From contig CAWAKC010000003.1 of assembly GCA_963782525.1 (NCBI GenBank), positions 96,001-160,000 of the forward strand: a DNA stretch of 64,000 bases, given 5' to 3'. Below, one piece after another: positions 1 through 9,882 of this stretch. The stretch is from Candidatus Bathyarchaeota archaeon. GTDB lineage: Archaea; Thermoproteota; Bathyarchaeia; Bathyarchaeales; Bathycorpusculaceae. Under the pieces are notes generated by a model. The model was not told where the DNA came from, did not search any database, and was given only the letters and a program-made list of their open reading frames with translations. Each line of letters opens with the position of its first letter. Within the stretch, counting starts at the first letter, position 1. The position numbers were made by a program, and so were the translations under genes.

Positions 1-549
1 AAGCCTAAGCTTCTGTTCTTAGATGAACCGACTACTGGTTTGGATCCTCAATCGCGCTCTGCAATTTGGAGTTATTTGGAAAAACTAAACAAAGAAGAAG
101 GTATAACAATTTTTTTGACAACCCAGTATTTAGAAGAAGCCGACAAGCTTTGCAAACGCCTTTCAATAATTGATTATGGAAAAATCGTTGCAAGTGGCTC
201 TCCTGCTGAGTTGAAACGTGAAATCGGCGCGGATTCTATCAGGGTTTCCCTTGATGACTGTAAAAAGGACGGTGCTCAAGCCAAGGAGATTATCAAGAGC
301 ATGACTGGCGTTACTCAAATAATTGATTCAGAGGAATGTCTGACAGTTTTCGCTAAGAATGCAGGTCCCTTAATCGCTGATATTGTTCGGGCGTTAGACA
401 GCAGCGATATTAGACTTGCCTCAGTTACTTTTTCTTCGCCTTCTCTTGATGATGTCTTCATAAAGCACACTGGCAGACGCATAAGAGCTGAAGAATTAGT
501 CAAGGCTCCTAGCTCAGCTTTTGGCGGAAGATTCGGTGGAAGGAGATAA
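1..549 (+). CDS. ABC-2/DrrA-type exporter ATP-binding subunit, C-terminal part (runs off the window start)
   Basis: Frame open from base 1: KPKLLFLDEPTTGLDP (Walker B/D-loop), TTQYLEEA, and C-terminal PSLDDVF..TG typical of the DrrA family. Confidence 0.92.
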   Translation, partial: KPKLLFLDEPTTGLDPQSRSAIWSYLEKLNKEEGITIFLTTQYLEEADKLCKRLSIIDYGKIVASGSPAELKREIGADSIRVSLDDCKKDGAQAKEIIKSMTGVTQIIDSEECLTVFAKNAGPLIADIVRALDSSDIRLASVTFSSPSLDDVFIKHTGRRIRAEELVKAPSSAFGGRFGGRR

Positions 550-553
550 GAAA

Positions 554-1327
554 ATGACCCTACTATCTGACACACGATACATATTCATACGGTACATGAA
601 AAAACTCGTTCGAACCCCCATTCTACTGTTCTTTTCACTCTTTCAACCCCTGCTGTTCTTGCTGCTTTTTACTCAGTTGCTAGGCAGACTTGGAAATTTC
701 CCAGGAATACTACCCGTTGGCGTTAGTTATCTAGAGTTTGCTGCTGCAGGAATATTAATGCAGAACGCTTTTGGAAGCGCATTACAGTCGGGAAACTCTA
801 TTGTCGCCGACATAGACTCGGGATTTTTGCAGAAAATGCTCGTTACACCTGTGAGTCGTCCTGCGATTTTGCTGGGACGATTGAGTAGTGACGCTTTTAG
901 AGTAATTATTCAGACCGCTATAATTCTTGGGTTAGCCTATGCTTTAGGTGCCTACGTTGTAACCGGCGTTGTTGGAATTGTAGGTATCTTCTTTACGCTT
1001 GCGTTCTTTGGGCTTGCATGGTCAGGAATTTCCTTGGCACTAGGCATGAAGACAAGAAGTTCCGAGACAGTTTTCGCAATTGGCGGCGTTATCACTTTTC
1101 CATTGCTCTTCTTAAGTCCAGCACTGTTCCCGATAAGTTTCCTGCCCGACTGGGTTAAAACCGTATCAATGTTTAACCCCGTAAGTTACGCAGTTGACGC
1201 CAGCCGAGCCTTTATGATTACTGGTTACGACTGGGCCACGATACTTCCCGCTTGGGGTGTAATCGGGTTAGTTGCCCTAATAACCATGAGCGCCACGTTA
1301 TACCAGTTTAGAAAAGTAGTCAGCTAA
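554..1327 (+). CDS. ABC-2 type transporter permease
   Basis: About 6 hydrophobic segments, G.L.KMLVTP.SR and NPVSYAVD motifs; ATG at 554 preferred over the ORF-track start because it follows the ATPase stop. Confidence 0.9.
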   Translation: MTLLSDTRYIFIRYMKKLVRTPILLFFSLFQPLLFLLLFTQLLGRLGNFPGILPVGVSYLEFAAAGILMQNAFGSALQSGNSIVADIDSGFLQKMLVTPVSRPAILLGRLSSDAFRVIIQTAIILGLAYALGAYVVTGVVGIVGIFFTLAFFGLAWSGISLALGMKTRSSETVFAIGGVITFPLLFLSPALFPISFLPDWVKTVSMFNPVSYAVDASRAFMITGYDWATILPAWGVIGLVALITMSATLYQFRKVVS

Positions 1328-1337
1328 AAAGCTGACT

Positions 1338-1580
1338 CTACTTAACAGGGTAAACATGCGCATCAACATCAGCAGGTTCAGATAGCCGCTTAATTCTGAC
1401 TTCAATTAACTCAGGCGCCGCAGCGTCAAGCCCTTTTAAGGTTTTAGAGAACCCCATCATTATGTTGCCTATGGTTTCCTGCACAAAATTGTTTAAAGGA
1501 AGTTTGTTTCCATCGATGTACATTTCTGCTTCAAAACTTTTTTTCATTATTCGGTGGCTTTCTTCCAAAAAATTCACCAT
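1338..1580 (-). CDS. Small protein resembling the MobB C-terminal-associated domain
   Basis: IDGNKLPLNNFVQETIGNIMMGFSKTLKG pattern recalled from MobB-linked proteins. Confidence 0.55.
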   Translation of the reverse strand: MVNFLEESHRIMKKSFEAEMYIDGNKLPLNNFVQETIGNIMMGFSKTLKGLDAAAPELIEVRIKRLSEPADVDAHVYPVK

Positions 1581-1808
1581 CTAAACCTCTATTTATGCGC
1601 TGATAAAAGAATTTTGCTTAATTCTTAGTTGTAGACGGCTCAGAAGGGTTTTGCATCCTCTATAGCTTATGATCACTCGTTTAATCTATATACTTTGATG
1701 CTGGATTATGGGGAAAAACGTCTGTTTTATGTAACAACTAATATACTTGAACGCTAATTAGCTCCAAACTGAGCAAAATCTACTACTCTGACAAAAAGGA
1801 GCGGCGCC

Positions 1809-3503
1809 GTGCTTAGTAAACTCTGGAACACATTAAATGCACTGTCCTCAAAAAAACCCTTAAAGTACACCCTCTATCTCTCTGCAATCATCATCTTTTT
1901 TGCGATAATTCTTATACCCCCAATTATCGGTATTCTTCTGAAGGCTGGAACAGTACAAAATGTTCTTAACGACCCAGCATTAACGAATTTGGCTTTAGTT
2001 GCAGTCTCTAACTCTTTCATCATCGCTTTAATCGTTGCTGCCTTGGACCTTCTTGCTGGGGTTCCTTTGGCATGGTTGATTACCCGAGGCAAATCTCGAT
2101 GGCTAAGCGTCTTGGACACGTTTGCCGATATTCCTTTCGTCGTACCAACGGCGGCTTTAGGATATTCTATTCTGCTGTTTTGGAGTTCAAGCGGCGGAAT
2201 ATCCTCACTTTTCGGTTACTCGCTTGTTTCTCCCGGTTGGCTTTTGGTCCTGCTTTTGCATTTCACTTTCTCATTCCCAGTTGTTGTCCGAGTCATCGTT
2301 GGCGCTTTACTAGACTACAAGATGGAGTATGAACGTGCATCACGGACGCTGGGCGCACCGCCTTTAACGGCTTCCAGAACCGTTACTTTCCCAATCATAA
2401 AGCCCTCCCTAATAGCCGCTTTCTCTTTGGCTTTTGCACGTTCCCTTTCAGAGACCGGAGCAACCTTCATTGTGGCGGGAGCTTTCGTAAATGGCCCTGT
2501 CTTCATTCAAGGCTTAAAGAATCAGCTTGCAAGCGGAATCCCTGTACCCATTACTCAAGCCACATACGAGGGAGGAACCGTTTTTGCCAGCATTATCCTA
2601 ATAGTTGTTTCATTGGTTATATTCGGTTTGATTCGGGTTTTAGGCAAAAAGTTAACGTTGCCTTTTGGCAAGGGCTTACCGCTGATTGAGAAAAAACTCA
2701 GTTACAAGAAAACAGCTTGGACACGAAACGGCGTAGCTTTGGCGGTTTTCTTGATTATTGTGTTGATTCCATCGCTTTTTGTTGCGTTGCCAGCATTCCA
2801 AGCCATTGCTACGGGAAACACTCTTGTTCAGGCGTTTACTGGGCAGAGTATCTGGGGAAGCTTCTGGCAAAGTCTGTTGCTCTCATACGGTTTAGGCGCC
2901 ATAGTCACGTTGCTGGGCATTTTGACTGGTATTCCTATGGCTATTCTGATTGCCCGAAAAACCTTCGGCAAATATCCGTCCGTAATCCTTGATACCTTAA
3001 TTAACATTCCATTAATTGTGCCTTCCATAGCGTTAGGTATTTCCTTGAAGTTTTTCTGGCAAGGCGTCCCTGGTATTCCTGAATTTCTGCTGCTTGTATT
3101 CGCTCACTTATCGATTACTTATCCGTACTTCGTTAGGTCCATGTCGGCGGCGATGGAGAGAATAAACGTTGATTTGGAAGAAGCCGCCAAAACCTTAGGC
3201 GCCAAACCCTTCACTGTCTTCAAAACAATCGTGCTGCCGATCACGAAGTACTCGATTCTTTCAGGTGCAATCATCGTATTCACAAGAAGTGTAAGCGAAA
3301 CGGGGGCGACGTTAGCCGTAACTTCTAAGCTTGTAACTGCGCCTGTTCTGCTGGTTAACTGGGTGAATTCGATTCGAGGTATTACAGATTCAATCGCTGG
3401 AGTCAACTCATTAACCGTGGGTTTAGCCTGCGGCTTTTTGATACTGTTCAGCTTCATCATCCTGCTAGTTTTAAGGCTATTAACTAGAAAAGGAAAGGTT
3501 TAG
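1809..3503 (+). CDS. ABC importer permease, fused double domain (Fe3+/thiamine/molybdate-tungstate class)
   Basis: Two EAA-type loops (ERASRTLGA, EEAAKTLGA) and about 12 TM segments. Confidence 0.88.
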   Translation: MLSKLWNTLNALSSKKPLKYTLYLSAIIIFFAIILIPPIIGILLKAGTVQNVLNDPALTNLALVAVSNSFIIALIVAALDLLAGVPLAWLITRGKSRWLSVLDTFADIPFVVPTAALGYSILLFWSSSGGISSLFGYSLVSPGWLLVLLLHFTFSFPVVVRVIVGALLDYKMEYERASRTLGAPPLTASRTVTFPIIKPSLIAAFSLAFARSLSETGATFIVAGAFVNGPVFIQGLKNQLASGIPVPITQATYEGGTVFASIILIVVSLVIFGLIRVLGKKLTLPFGKGLPLIEKKLSYKKTAWTRNGVALAVFLIIVLIPSLFVALPAFQAIATGNTLVQAFTGQSIWGSFWQSLLLSYGLGAIVTLLGILTGIPMAILIARKTFGKYPSVILDTLINIPLIVPSIALGISLKFFWQGVPGIPEFLLLVFAHLSITYPYFVRSMSAAMERINVDLEEAAKTLGAKPFTVFKTIVLPITKYSILSGAIIVFTRSVSETGATLAVTSKLVTAPVLLVNWVNSIRGITDSIAGVNSLTVGLACGFLILFSFIILLVLRLLTRKGKV

Positions 3504-3554
3504 AATGGCAAATCATAAAAACTCCAAGAACGCTTCAAAGAGAGAGAGCCAATA

Positions 3555-4655
3555 ATGCCCGATGTCCGAGTCGTAAACGTCACAAAAAAATACGGCAAAC
3601 TCTACGCCTTAGACAACGTCAGCTTAACCATACACGACCAAGAATACTTCTCTTTACTTGGACCAAGCGGCTGCGGCAAAACAACACTTCTTCGGGTAAT
3701 CGCCGGGCTAATTGAGCCTGATAGCGGTGAAATCTACATCGGCGACCGACGTGTCGATAAGTTACCACCTGAAGACCGCGACATCGGCTTTGTCTTCCAA
3801 ACCTTCGCCCTCTTTCCACACATGACCGCTTGGAGCAATGTGCTTTATGGTCCGAAAGTTAAGAATTATAACGCTAAACAGGCGGAAACGATTGGGCACG
3901 AAGTTCTCGAACTTGTAAAGCTCAACGAACGTTTGAATGCTTATCCGAGCGAGCTTAGCGGCGGAATGATGCAGAGGATTGCAGTTGCCCGAGCGTTGGC
4001 TGCAGGCGCCAAAACCCTGCTCTTAGATGAACCCCTTGGACAACTGGACGCGAAAGTCCGCAACGAGATACGCTATGAAATACGTCGAATGGCGAAGGAC
4101 CTTAAATTAACAGCAATCCACGTCACCCATGACCAAGCAGAAGCCATGTCCATCTCAGACCGCATTGCCGTCATGAAGAAAGGCAAGATTGTTCAGGTTG
4201 GATCATCGCAGGAACTCTACATGCACCCCAACAGCTTATTTGTAGCTCATTTTATCGGAGAATCCAACTTTTTAGAAGGCTATATCACTAAGGCAAACGG
4301 TGAATCAGAAATTGAGTTGCGAGAGGGCCTAAAGATTAAAGCTTTAAACCAGTTGAACATCAAGCAGGGCGAACGAGTAGTTTTAGCTATAAGACCTGAA
4401 ACATGCGAAATGAAGAAAGGGCACATTGTGGCTGAGAATAGTTTGTTTGGAAAAGTTGAAAAGGCGACATTTGAGGGAATTGTTGTTCGATATGAGATTA
4501 GGTTGGATAACGGTGACCGCTTTGTTATTAATAGGCCGTCGTTAACTGAGGAGTGGGGCAAGATCGGTGAAGACGTGACGATAACTTATCCATTGGATAA
4601 AGCACATTTGTTCCCGTATCCAGAAGCAGGTTTAACTGAGGAAATCAGAGTCTGA
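3555..4655 (+). CDS. ABC importer ATP-binding subunit (PotA/MalK-like with TOBE domain)
   Basis: Walker A GPSGCGKT, signature LSGGMMQR, Walker B LLLDEP, HVTHDQ. Confidence 0.93.
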   Translation: MPDVRVVNVTKKYGKLYALDNVSLTIHDQEYFSLLGPSGCGKTTLLRVIAGLIEPDSGEIYIGDRRVDKLPPEDRDIGFVFQTFALFPHMTAWSNVLYGPKVKNYNAKQAETIGHEVLELVKLNERLNAYPSELSGGMMQRIAVARALAAGAKTLLLDEPLGQLDAKVRNEIRYEIRRMAKDLKLTAIHVTHDQAEAMSISDRIAVMKKGKIVQVGSSQELYMHPNSLFVAHFIGESNFLEGYITKANGESEIELREGLKIKALNQLNIKQGERVVLAIRPETCEMKKGHIVAENSLFGKVEKATFEGIVVRYEIRLDNGDRFVINRPSLTEEWGKIGEDVTITYPLDKAHLFPYPEAGLTEEIRV

Positions 4656-5184
4656 TTTCCCACTAACTGCTTCTTTCTTCGTATTTTAACAGCTTGCTAA
4701 CCGCTAATCAAACTTATTAGCTGTTAGGACTTATGAAGAGTTTGCGCTTCTGTTAATTGTAATATGCAGTAGGAGGGCTTTTCAGTTTGATTCTTTACTT
4801 GGAAAGACGTTAGCATGGAACAGCAGAAACTGAGTTGCATTGTTTTCCATCCTCGATTACTGCCCAAAAAAGCATGAAATTTTGCATATTTTTGTTCTTA
4901 AAATTTAAAAGCAAGTGTAGTATTTTTACTTGAACTAGCTCGGGGTAGTATGGGAGAAACAAGAGCGAATGGAGAGGGTATACTAGGAGGCTCCTTTGGA
5001 AGAGGAGCCTGCTGCACTGAAGACGACTATCTGTCAACGACGCAAAATTTTGGCTATTTGAACAGTTTTAATGCAAATAAACTTAAATATGTTCATGCCA
5101 AAGCTTTTGGATATAAAATCTGCAAATTAAGCATAATCCTCGAGGAAGCTTTAATGACTAAAACCATAAACGGAGAACCAAATT

Positions 5185-5532
5185 ATGGCTTTTGAATTTA
5201 TTACTGAGGCTCTCATCGCATTAGCATTAATTTTTGTTTCAACATACGTAATCTATGCATTAGGCAAACGGTCCGCGCCTAAAACCACGATAAGCGAAAA
5301 CGAACAAGCAGCCTACGCTTGTGGAGAAAAAGTAGCTTTTCGCGGCGTAAAAATCAATGTATCATTATACAAGTACCTGATTTACTTCGTAATCTTTGAC
5401 TCATCCGTTTTAGTTCTTGCATTCGGTTCTTTCTCAATCGCTGGAACAACTAATCCCCTCCTTTTGATCCTCTACCTCGGCATAATCCTCGCAGCGGGCT
5501 TAGTTCTCGTCGAAGGAGGAAAAGAACAATGA
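5185..5532 (+). CDS. NuoA-like membrane subunit of complex-I-like hydrogenase
   Basis: YACGE loop, YLIYFVIFD, 3 TM segments; first gene of the operon. Confidence 0.85.
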   Translation: MAFEFITEALIALALIFVSTYVIYALGKRSAPKTTISENEQAAYACGEKVAFRGVKINVSLYKYLIYFVIFDSSVLVLAFGSFSIAGTTNPLLLILYLGIILAAGLVLVEGGKEQ

Positions 5533-6065
5533 CCGACACCAAAACATGGGCACGAGTAAAATCGCCATGGGTCCTGCACTTTAACTCAGGAGCCTGCAAC
5601 GGCTGCGACATCGAAATCGTTGCATTGCTAACCCCAAAATACGATGTAGAACGATTCGGCGTAAAACTTGAGCCTTCACCCCGCCACGCTGATGTCCTGC
5701 TAGTAACAGGATGTGTAACACAACAATGTGCAGAACGACTAAAACGGGTCTACGACCAGATGCCGCAACCTAAATTCGTTGTCGCCATCGGTGCATGTGC
5801 ATGCAGCGGTGGGGTCTTTGAAGGAAACTATAACGTTTTAGGCGGCGTAGACAAAGTAATCCCAGTAACAGCGTACATACCTGGATGCCCACCACGTCCC
5901 GAAGCAATCTTAGATGGTGTGGTGAAGCTTCTAAATGCGTTAAATCCGCCTAAACCCAAAAAGCAGCCTAAACAAGCAAAAACGCCTGAGGTTGCTAAAC
6001 CTGAAGTCGGTGTACAAACGGCTCAGCCAATAGTTGAGGAGGTAAAACCAGTTGTCAAACAATAA
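5529..6065 (+). CDS. [NiFe] hydrogenase small subunit / NuoB-like
   Basis: GACNGCDIE, SPRHADVLLVTG, GACACSGG, PGCPPRP. Confidence 0.93.
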   Translation: MTDTKTWARVKSPWVLHFNSGACNGCDIEIVALLTPKYDVERFGVKLEPSPRHADVLLVTGCVTQQCAERLKRVYDQMPQPKFVVAIGACACSGGVFEGNYNVLGGVDKVIPVTAYIPGCPPRPEAILDGVVKLLNALNPPKPKKQPKQAKTPEVAKPEVGVQTAQPIVEEVKPVVKQ

Positions 6066-7629
6066 AATAGATATTTTAAAAATAGTAGAATCCAAATTTG
6101 GCGATAAAGTCCAAATTCAACCAGGGCACCTTAGCACTGGCTCAATAATAATTAACAATGGGTTACATCGTGATGTCTTACAAGCGATGATAGAGGCCGA
6201 CGGAAGAACCGGCATCACAGCCATAACAGGTTTAGACCTTGGCGCAACCATAGGCGTATATTACCATGTGCACACCTCCAATGCTTTTGTAACGATCAAA
6301 GCTGAAGTGCCTAAAGAAAACCCAAAAATCCAAACCGTAATTGACATTCATCCAGGCGCAGTCTTCCATGAACTCGAAGTCGCCGACCTTTTAGGCGTCG
6401 TTTTCGAAGGGCATCCAATCTCAGGACACTTTGTCCTCTCAGAAAACTGGCCAGTAGGAGTATACCCGCTCAGGAAAGATGTCAATGCCAGCCAAGTAAA
6501 ACTAGTTCCGACACCGCCATCAGAAGAAATCAAGCTGCCTGAGAACGAAAGACTTGTAAAAATTATCATCGGTCCACAGCATCCAGCGTTGTTGGAGCCA
6601 GAAAAATTCGCTGTTACAGTCGACGGAGAAATAGTAACTAAAGTTGAACCACGCATCGGCTATGTGCACCGCGGTATCGAGAAAGCAACGGAATCACGTA
6701 CCTACCTCCAAGATGTTTACCTGGTTGAAAGAATCTGCGGCATCTGCAACAGTATCCATGCGGCAGCCTTCGTTGAATGTGTCGAAAAAATAGCGAAAAC
6801 AGAAATTCCAGAAAGAGCCAAGTACCTCCGCGTAGTCGCTTTAGAACTCAACAGGTTGCACAGTCACCTCTTGACTCTGGGTCATGCAGGATTAGAAATC
6901 GGCTATGAAACATTGTTCCAGTATTTCTGGAGAGACCGAGAACCAATCATGGATTTAATCGAGTTAACCAGTGGCAACCGCGTTTACTCCTCACTGATGA
7001 CTGTAGGCGGCGTGCGACGTGACATAAAAGAGGCTGATATTCCCAAAATTAAATCTACCCTCAAAACTCTTCGTGGACAGTTGCCATTCTACCGACAAGT
7101 TTACCAAAATGAGCCATCGCTAAAGCTGCGTATGGTAAATGTAGGCGTGCTGAAAAGAGAAGATGCCCTCAAACTTTCAGTGGTTGGTCCAGTAGCACGA
7201 GGTTCAGGCGTTGACATCGACGTACGCAAAGACGAACCATACGAAGCCTACGGCGAAATTCCCTTCAAAGAAATAGTCTACAAAGAAGGCGATACATGGG
7301 CAAGAATGAACGTTCGCCTGGATGAAGTAGAAGAAAGCATCAACATCATCGAATACGCAGTCGACCACTTGCCAGCAGGACCCTTCAGAATTAACACGCC
7401 CCGCTCTGTACCTGTAGGTGAAGCGGTAAACCGTGTTGAAGCTCCAAGAGGCGAACTCTTCTACTACGTCAGAAGTAACGGAACAGATATGCCTGACCGC
7501 GTAAAAGTTCGCACCCCAACATTCGCTAACATCCCCGCATTCCTCAAGACAGCGATAGGTGAAAGCATTGCCGACGTACCAGCCAACTTTGTTAGCTTAG
7601 ACCCCTGCTTCTCATGCACAGACCGGTGA
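6052..7629 (+). CDS. Group 4 [NiFe] hydrogenase large subunit fused to a NuoC-like domain
   Basis: N-terminal NuoC motif (ELEVADLLGVVFEGHP...YPLRKD); Ni ligands ERICGIC and DPCFSC; ends in TDR. Confidence 0.92.
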   Translation: MSNNKIDILKIVESKFGDKVQIQPGHLSTGSIIINNGLHRDVLQAMIEADGRTGITAITGLDLGATIGVYYHVHTSNAFVTIKAEVPKENPKIQTVIDIHPGAVFHELEVADLLGVVFEGHPISGHFVLSENWPVGVYPLRKDVNASQVKLVPTPPSEEIKLPENERLVKIIIGPQHPALLEPEKFAVTVDGEIVTKVEPRIGYVHRGIEKATESRTYLQDVYLVERICGICNSIHAAAFVECVEKIAKTEIPERAKYLRVVALELNRLHSHLLTLGHAGLEIGYETLFQYFWRDREPIMDLIELTSGNRVYSSLMTVGGVRRDIKEADIPKIKSTLKTLRGQLPFYRQVYQNEPSLKLRMVNVGVLKREDALKLSVVGPVARGSGVDIDVRKDEPYEAYGEIPFKEIVYKEGDTWARMNVRLDEVEESINIIEYAVDHLPAGPFRINTPRSVPVGEAVNRVEAPRGELFYYVRSNGTDMPDRVKVRTPTFANIPAFLKTAIGESIADVPANFVSLDPCFSCTDR

Positions 7630-7636
7630 CCCCGCA

Positions 7637-8644
7637 ATGATTGACTATTTCCTATTAATCTTCCGCATACTGGTTTTCCCAGGCTTCACATTCCTCCTAC
7701 TGTTGACTTTGTTCTGCGATTGGATGGAGCGGAAAATCGAAGCACGCATACAAAACCGTGTTGGCCCCATGGTTGCTGGACCAGGCGGCATTCTTCAGCC
7801 CCTTGCAGACTTCATAAAACTGTTAACTAAAGAAGATATTGAACCCAGAGATGCTAAAAAAACCATTTTTAAGTTTGCTCCTCTTGTAGCTTTTACAATT
7901 ATGGTTTTTGCTTTCTGTTTTATCCCGGTTGACGGCTCAAACGTATTTTCGTCTTCTGGTTTTAGTGGTGATTTAATCGTTATTTTGGCGTTTGCAACAA
8001 TTTCAAACTTTTTGTTGTTCCTTGCCGGTTGGGCATCATGCAACCCATACGGCACAATCGGTTCCGCAAGAGTTTTAACCCAATTCTTAGGCTACGACAT
8101 ACCACTCTTCCTAATTGCTTTAACACCCGCATTCATCGCCGGAGGTGCCGGTGCTCTGCAAATTGCAAATATAGCTTCGCTTCAAGCAGGTACCTTCCTT
8201 CCATTCATCCTTATGGCGCCATGGGCGTTTGTCTTATTCGTAATAACCATGCAGGCAGAACTTGAAAAAGACCCCTTCGACGTTCCACATTCCGAAAGCG
8301 AACTCGTCGGCGGATTAGAAACTGAGTTCACAGGTGCCAAACTTGCTTTCCTACATTTGACCCGTGATGTCCAGGTGGTTTTCGGTTCAGCGTTAGTGGT
8401 GGAGTTGTTCCTTGGCGGACCATACGGTCCTGTAATCTTTGGTCCATCCTGGATCTGGTACACCATATGGTTTGTGCTCAAACTGCTCGTAGTCGTACTC
8501 ATATCTGAGTACATTACAACTGTGTTTGCCCGTTTCCGTATCGACCAAGTCCTCTCTGGTAACTGGAGAATTCTATTGCCCGCTGCGTTGCTATCATTGA
8601 TGCTTACCGTCGCATTAGTAACATGGGTTTATCCGTTGGTGTAA
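7637..8644 (+). CDS. NuoH-like membrane subunit
   Basis: ERKIEARIQNRVGP, LQPLADFIKLLTKE, PFDVPHSESELVGG. Confidence 0.93.
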   Translation: MIDYFLLIFRILVFPGFTFLLLLTLFCDWMERKIEARIQNRVGPMVAGPGGILQPLADFIKLLTKEDIEPRDAKKTIFKFAPLVAFTIMVFAFCFIPVDGSNVFSSSGFSGDLIVILAFATISNFLLFLAGWASCNPYGTIGSARVLTQFLGYDIPLFLIALTPAFIAGGAGALQIANIASLQAGTFLPFILMAPWAFVLFVITMQAELEKDPFDVPHSESELVGGLETEFTGAKLAFLHLTRDVQVVFGSALVVELFLGGPYGPVIFGPSWIWYTIWFVLKLLVVVLISEYITTVFARFRIDQVLSGNWRILLPAALLSLMLTVALVTWVYPLV

Positions 8645-8648
8645 ACAG

Positions 8649-9101
8649 ATGACTGAAAAGAAAAAATCACGCATATCTCCAATATTCAGACGGGCAGCAT
8701 CACACATATTCACAAAGCCAGCAACAACAAAGTACCCCTTCGTAAAACCGGTACTTCCAGAAGATGACCGCGGCAAAACAGTTTATACGATTGAATCTTG
8801 CAACGTTATCGACATCGGAACGGGCTCAGGCGGCTTAACTTTAGATGTAAGGTCCATAGTTGGGTCCAACTGTAGGGTGTGCGTTCGAGATTGCCCTGCT
8901 GCAGCGATTGAAATAGTTGAAGTGGAAGGTAAAAGACGCCCCCAAATTAGGTTTGATAAATGTATTTTCTGTCATCAATGCGTGGAAAGCTGTCCCAGAG
9001 GTGCAATCAAAAGTTCAGTTTTCTATGAGTTAGCTACAACTGACAAATGTGCATTAATTCAAAAACCCTATTCAAACGCTAAGGAGTCCACACCGAAATG
9101 A
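8649..9101 (+). CDS. NuoI-like 2x[4Fe-4S] subunit
   Basis: KPATTKYPF start; CRVCVRDCP and CIFCHQCVESCP. Confidence 0.88.
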   Translation: MTEKKKSRISPIFRRAASHIFTKPATTKYPFVKPVLPEDDRGKTVYTIESCNVIDIGTGSGGLTLDVRSIVGSNCRVCVRDCPAAAIEIVEVEGKRRPQIRFDKCIFCHQCVESCPRGAIKSSVFYELATTDKCALIQKPYSNAKESTPK

Positions 9102-9562
9102 TTTTTGAAATCCTCGCAGTAGGCCTAATAATCTCAGCCATATTAGCCCTGTTCCTTGACGAAGTAATATATGCCGTAGCTGCGTTAGCTGCGACTTTCC
9201 TTTTTACCTCATTAATCTACGTGGAAAACGGCGCAATCTTTGCCGCTGTCTTCCAATTTGCAGTGGGCGTTGGCACGTTATCTATCTTGTTCCTGTCAGG
9301 CGAAATGTTGGGTGATAAACCAAAAAAGAAAACTTCCCCTCAACGCACCGGCGCGTTGATTGGAATCGGCGCCGTTCTATCGTTACCCGCGATTTTCCTT
9401 AATGTTTCTGGTTCAACGGGAACAACTTCTAACCTTGATTTTGGTGATGCCCTCTGGAATGTTCGCGGTTTGGACGTTTTGTTGCAGGCGATTGTTATTT
9501 TGACAGTGGCGCTTGGAATCGCCATTGTCTTGCATGAGAAGAAGAAAAAGGTTGATCCATGA
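9098..9562 (+). CDS. NuoJ-like membrane subunit
   Basis: Hydrophobic; LWNVRGLDVLLQ motif; operon position. Confidence 0.8.
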   Translation: MIFEILAVGLIISAILALFLDEVIYAVAALAATFLFTSLIYVENGAIFAAVFQFAVGVGTLSILFLSGEMLGDKPKKKTSPQRTGALIGIGAVLSLPAIFLNVSGSTGTTSNLDFGDALWNVRGLDVLLQAIVILTVALGIAIVLHEKKKKVDP

Positions 9563-9882
9563 TGGATTTTGTCATTTTATCTCTAGTTATGCTGGCAATT
9601 GGAATCTATGGCTTGCTCACCAATCGTCAACTCATAAAAGTCTTCATATCCGTCGAGTTAATTGCAACCGCAGCGACGTTGAACTTCGTGATGCTTACGT
9701 CCTCGATGGGTGTTGGCTTAGGGCAAGCGTTCCTTATCTTAGCGTTCTCAACTGACACCGCAGTCAGCGGCGTAATCTTAGCGTTGCTCGTCATCGTATC
9801 CAAAAAATACGGCACAAGCGACATGGGCAAAATAATACAGATGCTAAAAGACAAAGGCGAAAGCGAGGATGAAATGCAATGA
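9559..9882 (+). CDS. NuoK-like membrane subunit
   Basis: IGIYGLLTNRQLIKVFISVEL motif, 3 TM segments. Confidence 0.88.
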   Translation: MMDFVILSLVMLAIGIYGLLTNRQLIKVFISVELIATAATLNFVMLTSSMGVGLGQAFLILAFSTDTAVSGVILALLVIVSKKYGTSDMGKIIQMLKDKGESEDEMQ

